Below are positions 52,398 through 64,000 of a DNA stretch of 64,000 nt, one piece after another (position 1 is the stretch's first letter; every line of letters starts with the position of its first letter). The stretch is from Podarcis filfolensis (lineage: Eukaryota), in the NCBI GenBank assembly GCA_964270895.1, contig OZ185435.1. One strand, written 5' to 3'. The translations under genes and the position numbers were made by a program. Under the pieces are notes generated by a model. It was not told the DNA's origin and made no database searches. It saw only the letters and a program-made list of their open reading frames with translations.

Positions 52398-54451
52398 AAA
52401 AAGTTACTTAGTTGAATTAAGGACCATGTGATAGCCCAGTGGAATCTTTTACTTTTCTTTGAACATTTTTAACCGCCGCCCCCAATGCCCTGTCACATGT
52501 CAAAAGCAGTTAACAATGAGATGAAAGACGCAGCTGCTTGAAGGAAAAAAGTCTGAAGCCCCTTGGGGCTAGTTGCATGGTTCTCAGAATCCTAGCCAAG
52601 ACATTTTATTTTATCTGCAAATGCATGATTGGAACATATTTAAAATTCTTTGTTTTAGCAAAACTGTCCTTTGCAAGACTTAACTAAAATGCATTAACAT
52701 TGGGAATATATCCATGTTACCAAATTAAATTTACATATTAAGTACCCCATACTTCTGTGATCACAATATCTGTATGAGAGTAATGTGTTTCCTGAACAAT
52801 ATAAGCTTTCCCTCCTGTTAATATAGCTTCTGTCGTGTGTGTTTTTTTTAAGTTTGAGAATTGATTCCTTTACTAGCAGAGCAAACACATTAAATGAAAA
52901 GGAAGGTTGCAGGGCAATATAAACTTTTAGGAAAGTCTTAGTGCGTACCAGAGTCTCCAGGGAAGCAAAACACTTAGAAACACATTGGCAGTGCCTATCT
53001 TAGATTGGTTGGCTGACCCTCTGCGTTAACAACGTACAGGAAAAGCTTTTCGCACAACTTGTAAGTATTTCATGGATTGGCATTAGCAGTAGTGGGTAGA
53101 TACCTTGCCTCCTGCCACTCAGACACCCTGGGAGAGCTTAGGAAAGAGCTTAACATAGAGCCCTCACTTAGTCACTCTTATTTTGGGATAAGGGTATGAA
53201 GTTACCCATCCATTCTTTGTGGTTATATGTAAAGCAGAAGCCCATTTTCATGTTTGTGTATATTTTGTCCAAAATAAGCTTTTTAGAGGAAAACAACAAC
53301 AACGCCTATGTATGTGCATGAATTTAAAACTGAAATTACTGCTATTGCTCGGGAACTTAGCTGGAGAGCTCTGGATGGCATTCTGTCTTTATAAGTCAAG
53401 TTACCCATAACACTAACACCAATGGATTAAGGGCTGCTTAGCACACACAACGTTTTCTACTAGTGTGCAGGAAAAAGTGTACACCATTTTGTGAGTGTGT
53501 CTGTGATTGCCAAGATCAAGTGTAAAAATTATATGGTCCTACCTGCTGTTCTATTTTGCAGAGTGAAAAGATAGCATGCTCTGTGATTTTTGCAGAGCAT
53601 GTGATTGAGGTGAACCATAGGTATTTCCTTAATGGACAGCTTGAGTACTCTTTGTCTGATGCTACCTTGGAATGTACCCAGGTTTATGTCAACCAGTAGA
53701 ATCATAGGGGCATACAACTGGATTGAAGAATATATCCAAGGTAAGCGGAAAAAGCAGTTTCTAGATTTTGGCTGGTGGTAGAACTGGTTTTTGGCATTAA
53801 GTTCAATACTTTTTTTTTTTTTTACTAGCCCTGCCAGCATGCTTCCTTCTGTGCCTATGTATTGCCTACTCAGTGTGTACATTTGTAAATAAACAGATTA
53901 TTACAAAGGCATTGTAAGACTGCTGCTCTCTTATCCTGTAAAAACTAGTCAGCACAATTTGTGACACTAATCAAGTGTAGTCCACCAGTCCATATTGTGA
54001 CCTTCAGGGGACTCAAGCGTTGTTTGTTTGTTTGTTTTTATTGCTGCCCACAGGTGGTGACTACAAAAAAATTGTCAAGCACTCAAGGGGCAGTAATATG
54101 TGGCTTGTTTTAGTAGGTCATGTTAGTTTCCTTAGGTGAAGGAAATATGAAGCAATATACATAAGAATATGTCGTCAAAATGTTAGATGTTTTGGGGGTG
54201 TAACACCTCCTTTCTGACTGGTTCAATTTATTTTTAGATGATGAATCTTGAAATTACTAAATGCTGCTTCAAAAGTAGTTTGCAATGCTTCTAATAGGGA
54301 GGAAAAGATTTTGTGCCGTAACATAGTTCAACAAATGGATTTTCACCTGTCTTGAAATAGGTGATTTTAAAAACAATAGCATTGTTAAGCTGCATTAATC
54401 AGATGCACTGGATTTTGAGAGTGCAAAAACAGCTCAGTGGTAAAGCAAATA

Positions 54452-54698
54452 CCGTATTTTTCGCTCTATAAGATGCACCAGACCACAAGACGCACCTAGT
54501 TTTTGGAGGAGGAAAACAAGAAAAAAAATATTCTGAATCTCAGAAGCCAGAACAGCAAGAGGGTGAAAGCAGCAATCCCTCTTGCTGTTCTGGCTTCTGG
54601 GATAGCTGCGCAGCCTGCATTCGCTCCATAAGACGCACACACATTTCCCCTTACTTTTTAGGAGGGAAAAAGTGAGTCTTATAGAGCAAAAAAGACGG
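54452..54698. mobile_element. Tc2/pogo-like MITE
   Basis: TIRs ccgtatttttcgctctataaga / tcttatagagcaaaaaagacgg; TA flanks; internal 23-bp perfect inverted repeat. Confidence 0.85.
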
Positions 54699-57514
54699 TA
54701 CTTTGCAAGTATAAGGTTTTATATTTATTCCATATCACCTCAGTCTTAATTGGTAGGACTAGACAAGTCCTCCGAAATCCAGTTCAGGATGGGCCAGCAT
54801 TTGCCTGGATGGATGAGTTAAATTATCTGAATCTGAGTTTCCTGCTTATTTCCTATTTTTTTTACTCTGCTTAGTTGAAAGTTGAAAGAATATAATCCTG
54901 GCGAGCAATGACTAAACTGTTTCCTTTCTTTAAAGTATCTTACCATTGGTCTGTGCAGCATTTTTTCATAGGAGGTGTTGATTAGATTTGCATCTGCTGA
55001 TCTTTACACAAGTATTAGGAGCTGAAGATGCATATTTGAGATAAGACTGGTACCAGGGTCAAGAAAAGTTCATAATGTTTAGCTTTTCATGTTAAGGTTT
55101 ACTCATGCCATGGCCTACAGTAATAAACCACAGAAAAAGTTCTGATTGACAGACACCTATTCATGTGTATGCTGTCCGTTTTCAGAACCCACATGTTCTC
55201 AGCATTTCTGCCCTCTAATTGGCTGATTCTCATTATCTCTTGGACCTCTTGTTTGTCCATATTGAATCAATATCTTTGTTCACCAAAACCACTCTGAACT
55301 GGCTTCATGCCCTGAATATAACGCTGTCTGCAAAGTATAACAAGACGTGTGTTTCATTGACAGTTATATTAAACTGATCTTTCCAAAGAAAAAGTCTTTG
55401 TCGATTCTCAGTTTTTATAGTACCGAAAGCTGGTGAAAAGGAGCTTGCAGGAGAAATCAAAAGCTGATGTCTAAAACGATAGTGGCTTCAATTTAGCCTG
55501 TTTCCAAGCTATCAGTTTTAGCTCATTTGGGAGAAATTGGTTCACATTGTGGGGCAGCACGTTCTTGCCAGCTCTACTAAGTCATTGGACTCTTCTGGCA
55601 ATTAGAATGAGACTCCCTAGTAAATGTGGGATGAGCTCACGAGATAAAACGAATCTGCTGTGTAATGGGGACTGTAGCAGCTGCCTTGTTGTTGTTGACG
55701 CTGCTAAACAATTTTGAGTATTGGAAACCTTTTGTGACAACTACAGCAGCTGTTTTGGCTCGCACGGTGAGTGACACTTTTGCTATAAATAAGAATCATT
55801 TGATTGTATAATAGGCAGAGCAAGAGGGAAAGCGGAGCTAAAGTCACATTTTATTGGGTATATTGTTTCACAATCTTCAGATTATTCAAAGATTACTCAA
55901 AACAAGCAAAATATTGTTGCATCCTGGGAAAACTTAATCTGTGGGCAGATATGGCTCCGGGCCTTTATGCACAAGAGACAGCTTTACAAATTGGTCAAAT
56001 TGGTTGCTTCTTCTTTAACCTCTGGGGACGTGTAATATTGCTTGCTCATTGGTAAATGTGGAGTCAATGCTTCATGTAGAAAATTAAATGAACCTCATTT
56101 TAGCTGTTGTGTCATATTTTCTCCCAGAGATAACTCAATTTAGCTAATGCATAAAAGTTATAGAGAGTTGCAGAGCCCCTCAGATTGGCAGACAACAGTT
56201 GGGAGTGGATGAAAACAGCCTTAGTTCTGAGGTTTCTGTGGTGGTCTCAAGTACAACATTGGTACTGTTGCTTTTTGAATGCTTCCTTCCAGTATTAGGG
56301 AAATAGCTATGGAAAGCTTAATGAGGCTGCATTATAACTGCTATTCCATATTCTTCTATCAAATTATGAGATCCTCCACCAAAAAGAGGCTCAAGGCATA
56401 TGACTGCAAGCAAGAAAGGGGCTCACCCTGCGTGAAGCCTGCTAAGTTGGATTGTTTCTTCCCATATAATGAATTCAATTGCTGTACAGTCTCCTTTGTT
56501 CAGTCCTGGTGCTTGACTTAAGAAGAAATTATTAGAAAGAGATGGACACGCAAAATATTTTCAGATGTGCACACCATGCACTGCAAGAGAAGGAAAGCAT
56601 GCTCATACAGCCTTCAAGGAATTACCAAAAATGAAACAGAAAAACGATCCTGCCAAAAAAAGGATTGATAAAGCAATGGAGTGGTATGGAAAAGAAATAG
56701 ATTTGCTGGCCGCTTGCCACTTTAAAGAAGACTTAATTGGAGACTACGTATTTCCAATGAATCAAGGGAAGATACTAATAAGATCACAAAGTGCAGTAAG
56801 GTAAAGTGTTGCTTGCCGCTCAATGCATCACACTATCCATTGGGGACCTGTGACACTTTTGCAACTGCACAGTGCATAGCAATCGCACAAGCAATGAATA
56901 TGCAGTCACAGCTGCAGTTAAGGCACATGGCTGTCTCAAGGGGGGACCCCTCCAGACTGGCAGTCCAGGGTCTAATATTACCCGGCTGTGCCACGGTGTA
57001 TAAGAACTACACTTGGGAAATGAGTTTGTTTTTAGCAGAAGAGGTGATAAACTCCCTCATTCTTTTGCAATACTAGAACTTGGAGTTATGCAGAGAAGTT
57101 GACTTGTTTTTGTTAACTCATGAATTTCCTTTACAATAATAAATAAAACAGTGCAGGATTAAACCCTGTGGAGGTCCCCAGGCAATCAGAATCTCTCCCC
57201 CTCCCCAATTATCTCAAAGCTTCTACTCAGCTTGATTGTAATTTTCTTTCAAGATCAATATTATTTTGATTTGTTGTTGTGGGGCCCATAGGCCAGTGTC
57301 TACTCTGCCTATTTGGTAATTTGGCACTGTAAATAAAAATGACTTAAGAACGGTACACAAAATTATGATTCATCTCTTGGATCATGTATTGCAAATCCTT
57401 GGGTGGTAAAATGCCATGGCCTGGCTCTCTTCTCTACCCACCCCAGCTCCTGGACTTCTAGAGTGGGCATATTTTTTGTCATGTCTCATTTTGGTTAATT
57501 GCAAATTACCACTA

Positions 57515-57592
57515 ATTACAATTATAATTGTAATATTTACAATTGTAAATTATTACAATTATAATTGTAATAATTACAATTATAATTGTAAT
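57515..57592. repeat. Array of AT-rich perfect palindromes
   Basis: attacaattataattgtaat x3 plus atttacaattgtaaat x1. Confidence 0.95.
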
Positions 57593-60039
57593 ATCCTGGG
57601 AACAAAACTGTAAGAACCGAATAGTTAGCTAGGCAAAATAAGTTCTTTAAAAAACTAGCGTAACAACAGAACAACTTAATATCTAAATATTAGATATTTG
57701 TCCAGGTCTCCATATTCTCTGTGTGCACAGTGTAGTTCTTTTTCAGTATAGCCCCCTTACACACATTTTTTTTTCTGTAAGCCAAAATGCTGCATAATCC
57801 ATATGTCTCACATTTTCCTTAGGCAATTGAATTAAGTGAGGCATAATATGAGCATCAGCTGAAGCTCTGGTCTCTATGGGCTATATTCTATAACCCTTGC
57901 TCAGCCATAATTCCTGTTCCTCATCTAATATTGATGCACCCAGGAGCAAACAGCTGAATAAGGCTGTGTGGTTTATTGCTAAAGAAGCCAACAGGGTAAC
58001 ATGATGGATCAAAGTTTTACTCTGATCCACTCTATTGTAAATATTGTGCTTGCTTTGTACCTTTTCAGCCTGCAAAACGAAGATGCGACTTTTATTGTTG
58101 CACTGCTGTTTGCCAGCAATGTTTCTCAGAGCGTCTTGGCTGTAAATGCTGCTGGCAGATGAGGAGGGGGGTTTCCTTCTAAGTGGGAATAGCTGGGGGA
58201 GCAGGCATACCTTTTCATTTCCACTCGCCTTGGTGCCAGTCGAAAGTTTGTTGTCCTTCAGCAACTCCCTTGACGCCCCTTCCAGATGACTCTGGAAATT
58301 TTAACAACCCTTGCGTGATATCAAGCCCACGTCATGACTGCTTTTGATCTCCCTTTTCTCAGTCAGAAATGCCTCCCAGTTGTCATACTCAGAAAACATG
58401 ATACTGTTATGGTGTAGCTTTGGTGGCAGGCCTGTAGGCATCCTGCTTTGCTTAATGTGCACCAGGGAATAGTTTTCATTCATTTTCTTTGCAATTATTG
58501 CACAGGCAATGGGGTAGACCACTGATCACTGCCTAGCCTTTAAAAAAAAAATGAATTGACAAGACCAGGTGTAGAATTTCCCTGGTCTTCGGAAAAGACA
58601 GTATCAGCACTATGCTGGCGAATAAGCCAGCCCTGTGTCAGGCTGTCTGCCATGCATAGCCGTGCTAGAATTCATGCTTGCTTAGTGCTGTGGAATGCAG
58701 AAAGTGACCCCCGTGAACACATAGCAGGCACTTGCATTTAATTAAAAAGCAAGCTTACTTTGAAACCCATGAATTACCTTGGGAGAACTGTGCTGAGCCT
58801 TTTTGATCACCTTTTGAAGCGCTCAGCATTCTGACGTGCTTAGCAATTTATCGATGCATTTAACATTGCTGAATATTCAGAGAGCTGATATTTGGGGGAG
58901 AATAAAATGATGTTATGCAGGCATAAATTTTCTGTTTTGTTTCCTTGGCAGGATGGCTGTACCATGCTAACGAATGGTTCATTCACTTATTTTTACAATC
59001 GAAATCTTGTTGCATTGTAGTGAATTTGGAAGTTATAAAGTAAAAATTCATGTAAGGAATTCCTGTTTCAGGGGCAGTCAGACGTGTTTGTTGTTGATAT
59101 ATGGATAAATGACCCCAATCCAATTCTTGTCATAAGCAGCAATAAAATGCTAGTTTCACCCACTTCATGCAGTGCTGATTAGCATTGCAATATCTGCACC
59201 AGCTTCTGTGCGTTTTTTCTTGTTGGTAGATGACCGTATCCCGAAAATATTATTATTTGTTAGGTCAAATGCAACAGTAGCTTATCTTTAACATTACAAT
59301 CCTATGTGTCTTCTCATAAATAAATCCCAGAAGAGAGTATAGAATTTTAGAGACACTACAAAGTGAACTGCGAAGATTCAGGCAGATATCTTCTGGTTAA
59401 CTTTTTTGTTGTTGTTGCAATGTTTCAGTTGATCCTAATCCAGGTGTTAGATTATTGTTGCTTTAGAATTCCCACCTACCTTTCTCCATGGATCAACTAC
59501 CTGAATCCTGCCACCACCACCCCCCATTTGTTAGGCCAAAGATTTCTTACCTTCGGCTGTCTTTAGCTCAACAGCAAGCTTCGGAATCCAGTTGGCCTCA
59601 GCCCAGTTTTCAAGCCACCAAGCTGCTCACTTTGGCTGCTTACATTTAACTTGAGAGCCAAACATTTCTGCCAGAAACCAAATGAGCCTTCAAGATTTAC
59701 CCACAAAATCAGCAAGCGGACAATGAGTGTGATTTGCTTCCTGTTGGAGTCAGTGGTAAAACTTCAGTGTTGTTTAATGAAGCTTGAGTATACTCAACCC
59801 TGTAGAAAACACAAGAAAACCTTGTTCGGAGCACAAGCTGAGGACAAGGCTTAAGAAATATAGTGCTGTGCTGAAACCCATCTTCCAGTTTCTCAAAGGT
59901 GTTCTTCCTGCATGAAAGAGGCTTATGTTTTTCTGTGTTAATTGCAGGGCACTTTCAGTGTGTGCATAGGGATGGGTTTTTTTATTTATTTAGCTCACGT
60001 TTAATAGCAAGCGTATCTAATTCACACTTCCCTAAGCAG

Positions 60040-60352
60040 TATGCGAACTTAAAATGCAGCTATCCTTCAAATTTTGCTCTTCTCTGAATTATCCCATGCA
60101 TTTTTCCATTCTGGAATTGTGCAAAGATGTGCGTAAAAATGCACATCTTTGGGAAGATGTACAAAAAAATGCATTGTTCTGGGGAAAACTGCTTGAAGAT
60201 TTGTGTATGATTGGAGGAATGCAAATTAAAACGCAGATGAACTTTTGTTAGGACTGAGGTTTTTTTAAAAAATGCTAACTAAATGTGGAAATGTAGCAAG
60301 TTGAACTTGGAAAAATGAGAAACAGAAATTCACAGGTTTGGCTGTCTCTAGT
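60040..60352. mobile_element. Degraded hAT-like element related to 10571-11050
   Basis: aaaaatgca-rich interior and gaaaaatgagaaacagaaattcacagg end motif. Confidence 0.4.
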
Positions 60353-62627
60353 GAGCTTTAACTGAGGTGCGGGAAACAGTAGAAGCTGGCTACCAAGCAC
60401 CTGATATCAGTGCATTTGCTAATTTTTTATTTTTATTTTTTACATGAAGTCCTTCCCCTTGCCTTAGAAAATCAAAATCCCACGCTTATTTCTTTAAGAA
60501 GATTTAAAATAATACAGCTGGTAAAGTTAACTGTGAAGAGAAGTACATGAACTTGAGCTACTAGTAGTTTGCAATGTATTTTGCTGGAAACTGAAAAGAA
60601 ACCTTCACTGTTTTGATTACGAGCCTAAATTTATTTGAGTAGAATTAAGCCACTATCAAGTACTGCTTCAATATTGAGGGAGCAGCTGAAGCTTGATAGT
60701 GATGGAAGCAAATGGGTAATTACTTTGTAAACCTTTGATTTTTGTTGTTGTTTGACAACATTAGCTATGCAAGCATACTTGAAAATATTAAAAACTGATA
60801 TTTAAGTGAATATTGGAATAGGCATAGGCGCTGCTGGTCTCCTGTACAGAAGGCAATGCTAACAGTTCCATTATTTATTCCTGGAAATAATATTCCACAA
60901 CCAGGCTGGAGGCTCTTTCCCCTATTGCTTCCCATCAAACCTGTTGGTAGAGGCTCCTAGAGAACAGCCTCTCTACAGATGATTATTCATTATTATTCAG
61001 AGTTCATTATGAAATCAATGTGTTTTCCATTTACGGATTCCAGTCCTCATTTTCCCTCAATCTTGAAAAGTTATTGCATTTTCTCTGCAACTGCAGTTCT
61101 CCTCACCTAGGAAAATAGTTTTCTACCAGACAGCAGCACACAATTAAAGATTTACTTCTAGTCACACAGACTTTCCACGCTTTCAACTGTTTCTGTATGC
61201 CTGATAGGTTAAAGAGAGAGAGAGAGAAGTTTGCCAAACATCCTAATCAAATATTATGAGCATATGCAGTTTTGCATTTTAAGCTCACAGAAATCATAGT
61301 ATTATCAGCTGGCAACTAAGTCAAATGGGCGGGGTACTACTACTACTAATTATTACAATAATAATTACTACTACTACTTCAGCAATAAAATGAAGCTTGT
61401 TTTGCTGCCCCAATGTTAAAGAACACTAACTTAGGAATAAGCCACAGGGGGAAACCTGCAGGATCTTGCTTCTGAAAGGATCTTCAGCCTTCACTTCTGA
61501 ATTTATTTTTCAAGAAGTTCCATAGTCTCTTCCTTGTGAAGATTTGATGAAAAATGTACTGGAGATATTTTGACACAATTGCTGATATAAGGACTGGGTG
61601 AAAAATAAGTCTGCACCAAACTGGTAAGCAATTAGTACTTGTTGTTTTTGATATTATTTAAATATATCTGTGTTTTATTAAAGTTATTGATTAATCAAAC
61701 TACTTTAGACAAAGCATTTGTGCTTAGCTTTTTGGGGGTGTTTTGCATTAAAGAGGGGTTCATAAGTTTCAGGTTTGGGTGCATCATTTGGTCATGTCGC
61801 CTCAAATAGGTATCATGAAGCTGAAAATGCTTCAGAAAAGAGAAATCAGACTTAGAGGAGGGTTGGGATCTATTTCCTGAGAGGATAGACTGAAGGAGGG
61901 GGGTGGAAACTGTGTCCCTGCAGAGCCGTATCCACTGAAGCCAGTTGTCGGGGATGATGGGAGTTGTATTACAGCAGAATCTGAAGCGTCCCCCATCCCT
62001 AGACGAAAGCATTTGGGGATTTTGATTTTAGAAAAAAAAGATGACTAAGGGAGACTTTATAAAATTATGTATGATTATAAGAAAAATTATGCAAGATGAT
62101 GAGAAAATCTATGGTGTACAATCAATTGATTGCCAGGAAAGACATAGGAAAATATTTCACATAACATATAATTTAGAGAATTTACTGCTACAAGACACAA
62201 TATATGGTGGTGGCCACAAGCCTAGATGAGGGGTTAGGTGGATACAATAGGTTCCAATACAATCGGTTCCACAACAAAATGTTGTGTGATGTGCTCCAGC
62301 CAGCCAGCAAGTCATGCCCTTTCCTAGAACATTCCATTCCTTTTCCTCAGCCCCCTTCCCACTTTTCCTTCCAGCAGACATTCAGTATCATATCACCACT
62401 GAACATGCTCAGTCCTCATGGATTCCCCCCCCCCAAAGTTTTTTGTTCCAAAAACCTTGGGACTCCATCAAGCCTGCTGAAAACATCCCTTCTGTGGATG
62501 ACTGCCCCCCAAGTAGGGTTCCTCTTGCCTGTCCAATGCAAACGTAAGTGGGGATACTTGAAGAGTGAAGCTGCTATGTTGAACCTGGGACTAGATGATC
62601 TGATTGATTCTTTCCAAATCTGACAAT

Positions 62628-62815
62628 GGAAGGATAGTAGCTCAGTGTTCGAGCATCTGCTTTGCATACAGTAGGTTCCAGGTTCAGTCTTTGCCATCTC
62701 CAGACAGGATTAGGAACGCCCTCGGACTGAAACCTCGGAGAGCCAGAGTGAAGATCACTGAAGTATATGGACCCAAGAGTCTGATGCAGTACAAGGCAGC
62801 TTCCTAGGTTCCTAT
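62628..62815 (+). mobile_element. tRNA-derived SINE with CR1-type tail
   Basis: tagctcagtg A box, ggttcagtc B-box-like motif, tail gcagcttcctaggttcctat. Confidence 0.7.
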
Positions 62816-64000
62816 AATTTTTGTTGTTTGACTGGATGCATGTATTCATCCACATACATGACCTTAATGCTGGGGCCTGATCCTAAAGTGATCCTATAAA
62901 TACATCCTCTTGGTGGGGAGAAGCGAGAAATCATACAAACGGGAACTTTAAGACATTGGATACTACTGGCTGGGAGACTGTGATACACATGTTTTGAAGG
63001 TCATGGTGGAGGAGAGGAGCACCCACCCACTCACATTAAGACCACCACTGATAGTGTGTTATTTGGAGTACAGGTCAACAGGAGAAGGACTGAATGCAGT
63101 TGAACAAATCTCACCTTGCTGATGGGTTTCCTGGTGGATCTGGGGAGAAAACTTTGGAACAAAACTTAGAGTAATTGAGAATGCTTCTATCCCATGTCTT
63201 AAATTTGGAAACTGAATTCATCCCTCAAAAGACTTTTATGAGGTCACCATGTGCACATGCTTATTGACATCTTAAGCTATGGGTGGCTCGTTCTGCATCT
63301 GTCTTGAAGCATCTTAAAGTCCTGTGGTGTCACTCAAGTGTGTGTCTCACCCTGCTAATCAGGAAGCTTCTGGGATGTAAATAAAGCTTTAACATTGTGG
63401 TTGAGTGAGAGAGGATATTCGTAGTCAGGCATTATAAGTTGGTCACTTGATTTTGAATACGTCATGCATATGAGTATAATCATCCCTGATTGGTTGTATT
63501 CCTTATGCCAAGCAAAAAGAAGAAGCACCAAAATATCCTTTGCTGATGGACGGGGTGAAGCAAACAGACAATGGCTTCCTTCAAAGTCAACTTGGGAATT
63601 CATGGCTCATACAATATTTCAACTCGGAGCTTACTGCTTTACTCTTCCAGCTCTCAGGATAAATGATACCAGACCTGTCTATAATACAAACTCCGGGAGT
63701 GAATTTGAGGTACAAACCTACAACCCCATTGGTGCAACAAAAAGGAAAATGGCATAACACATGAGCAGGCCATGGGTTGCAACCTCGGAGTATCTTGTCC
63801 CTTCTCATGATGAAACTACCCTGAGATCCATACTATGGAACCACCTCTTTATAGAGGCTTCTCCCCTTTTCAATATGTGCCCAAATCCCTATCTGCTCCC
63901 AAGTGGCAGTTGCAAGAGCAAGTTATGTTTATATTGAAACAAATGCAAGATGGAAATGGTCTACAGCAGATATGGGGAACCTATGGTCCTCCAAATGTTG

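Noticed and set aside
57881-58522. Minus-strand frame of 214 codons with a single internal stop (two track ORFs in the same frame)
   Set aside because: No recognisable motif, no clean acceptor, and such a run is plausible by chance in 64 kb; tBLASTn or HHpred would settle it
62242-62271. 15-bp direct repeat (atacaat[a/c]ggttcca x2); similar short duplications at 4382-4405 and near 4795-4825
   Set aside because: Two-copy local slippage duplications with no further support for function
63464-63757. 97-aa ORF near the window end
   Set aside because: No domain similarity recognised and no convincing splice-site pair
52000-64000. NEB (nebulin) coding exons expected by synteny
   Set aside because: No acidic MADDE-type start and no SDxxYK repeats seen; non-coding NEB exons cannot be recognised from sequence alone

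Overview
Eukaryotic (vertebrate) genomic DNA, most likely from a lacertid-type lizard. This is inferred from a Sauria-SINE head, a BovB LINE, MIR-derived SINEs and squamate-type MITEs. Two spliced genes lie on the + strand. The first is the 3' ten coding exons of CACNB4 (voltage-gated Ca channel beta-4; 886-21196; 390 aa plus stop, all GT-AG junctions in frame). The second is the complete six-exon ARL5A (ARF-like GTPase 5A; 38362-50365; 179 aa), which starts in a CpG island. This order matches the amniote CACNB4-ARL5A-NEB synteny block as I recall it, but no NEB coding exon is recognisable. The rest is intron, UTR and intergenic DNA with L2, CR1 and BovB fragments, SINEs, Tc1/mariner- and hAT-type MITEs, and simple repeats. 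Most ORFs in the supplied track are spurious or partial exon overlaps. There is no CRISPR array, no rRNA or true tRNA gene and no prokaryotic system, and I cannot demonstrate a new biological system from sequence alone. The best leads are an orphan exon-like ORF with partial THAP-like spacing downstream of ARL5A, a nearby E-box/MEF2 cluster, an RFX motif cluster in CACNB4 intron 9, predicted truncated beta-4 isoforms, a uORF before ARL5A and an AT-rich palindrome array. CACNB4 exon numbers follow the recalled human long isoform. Repeat boundaries are approximate.
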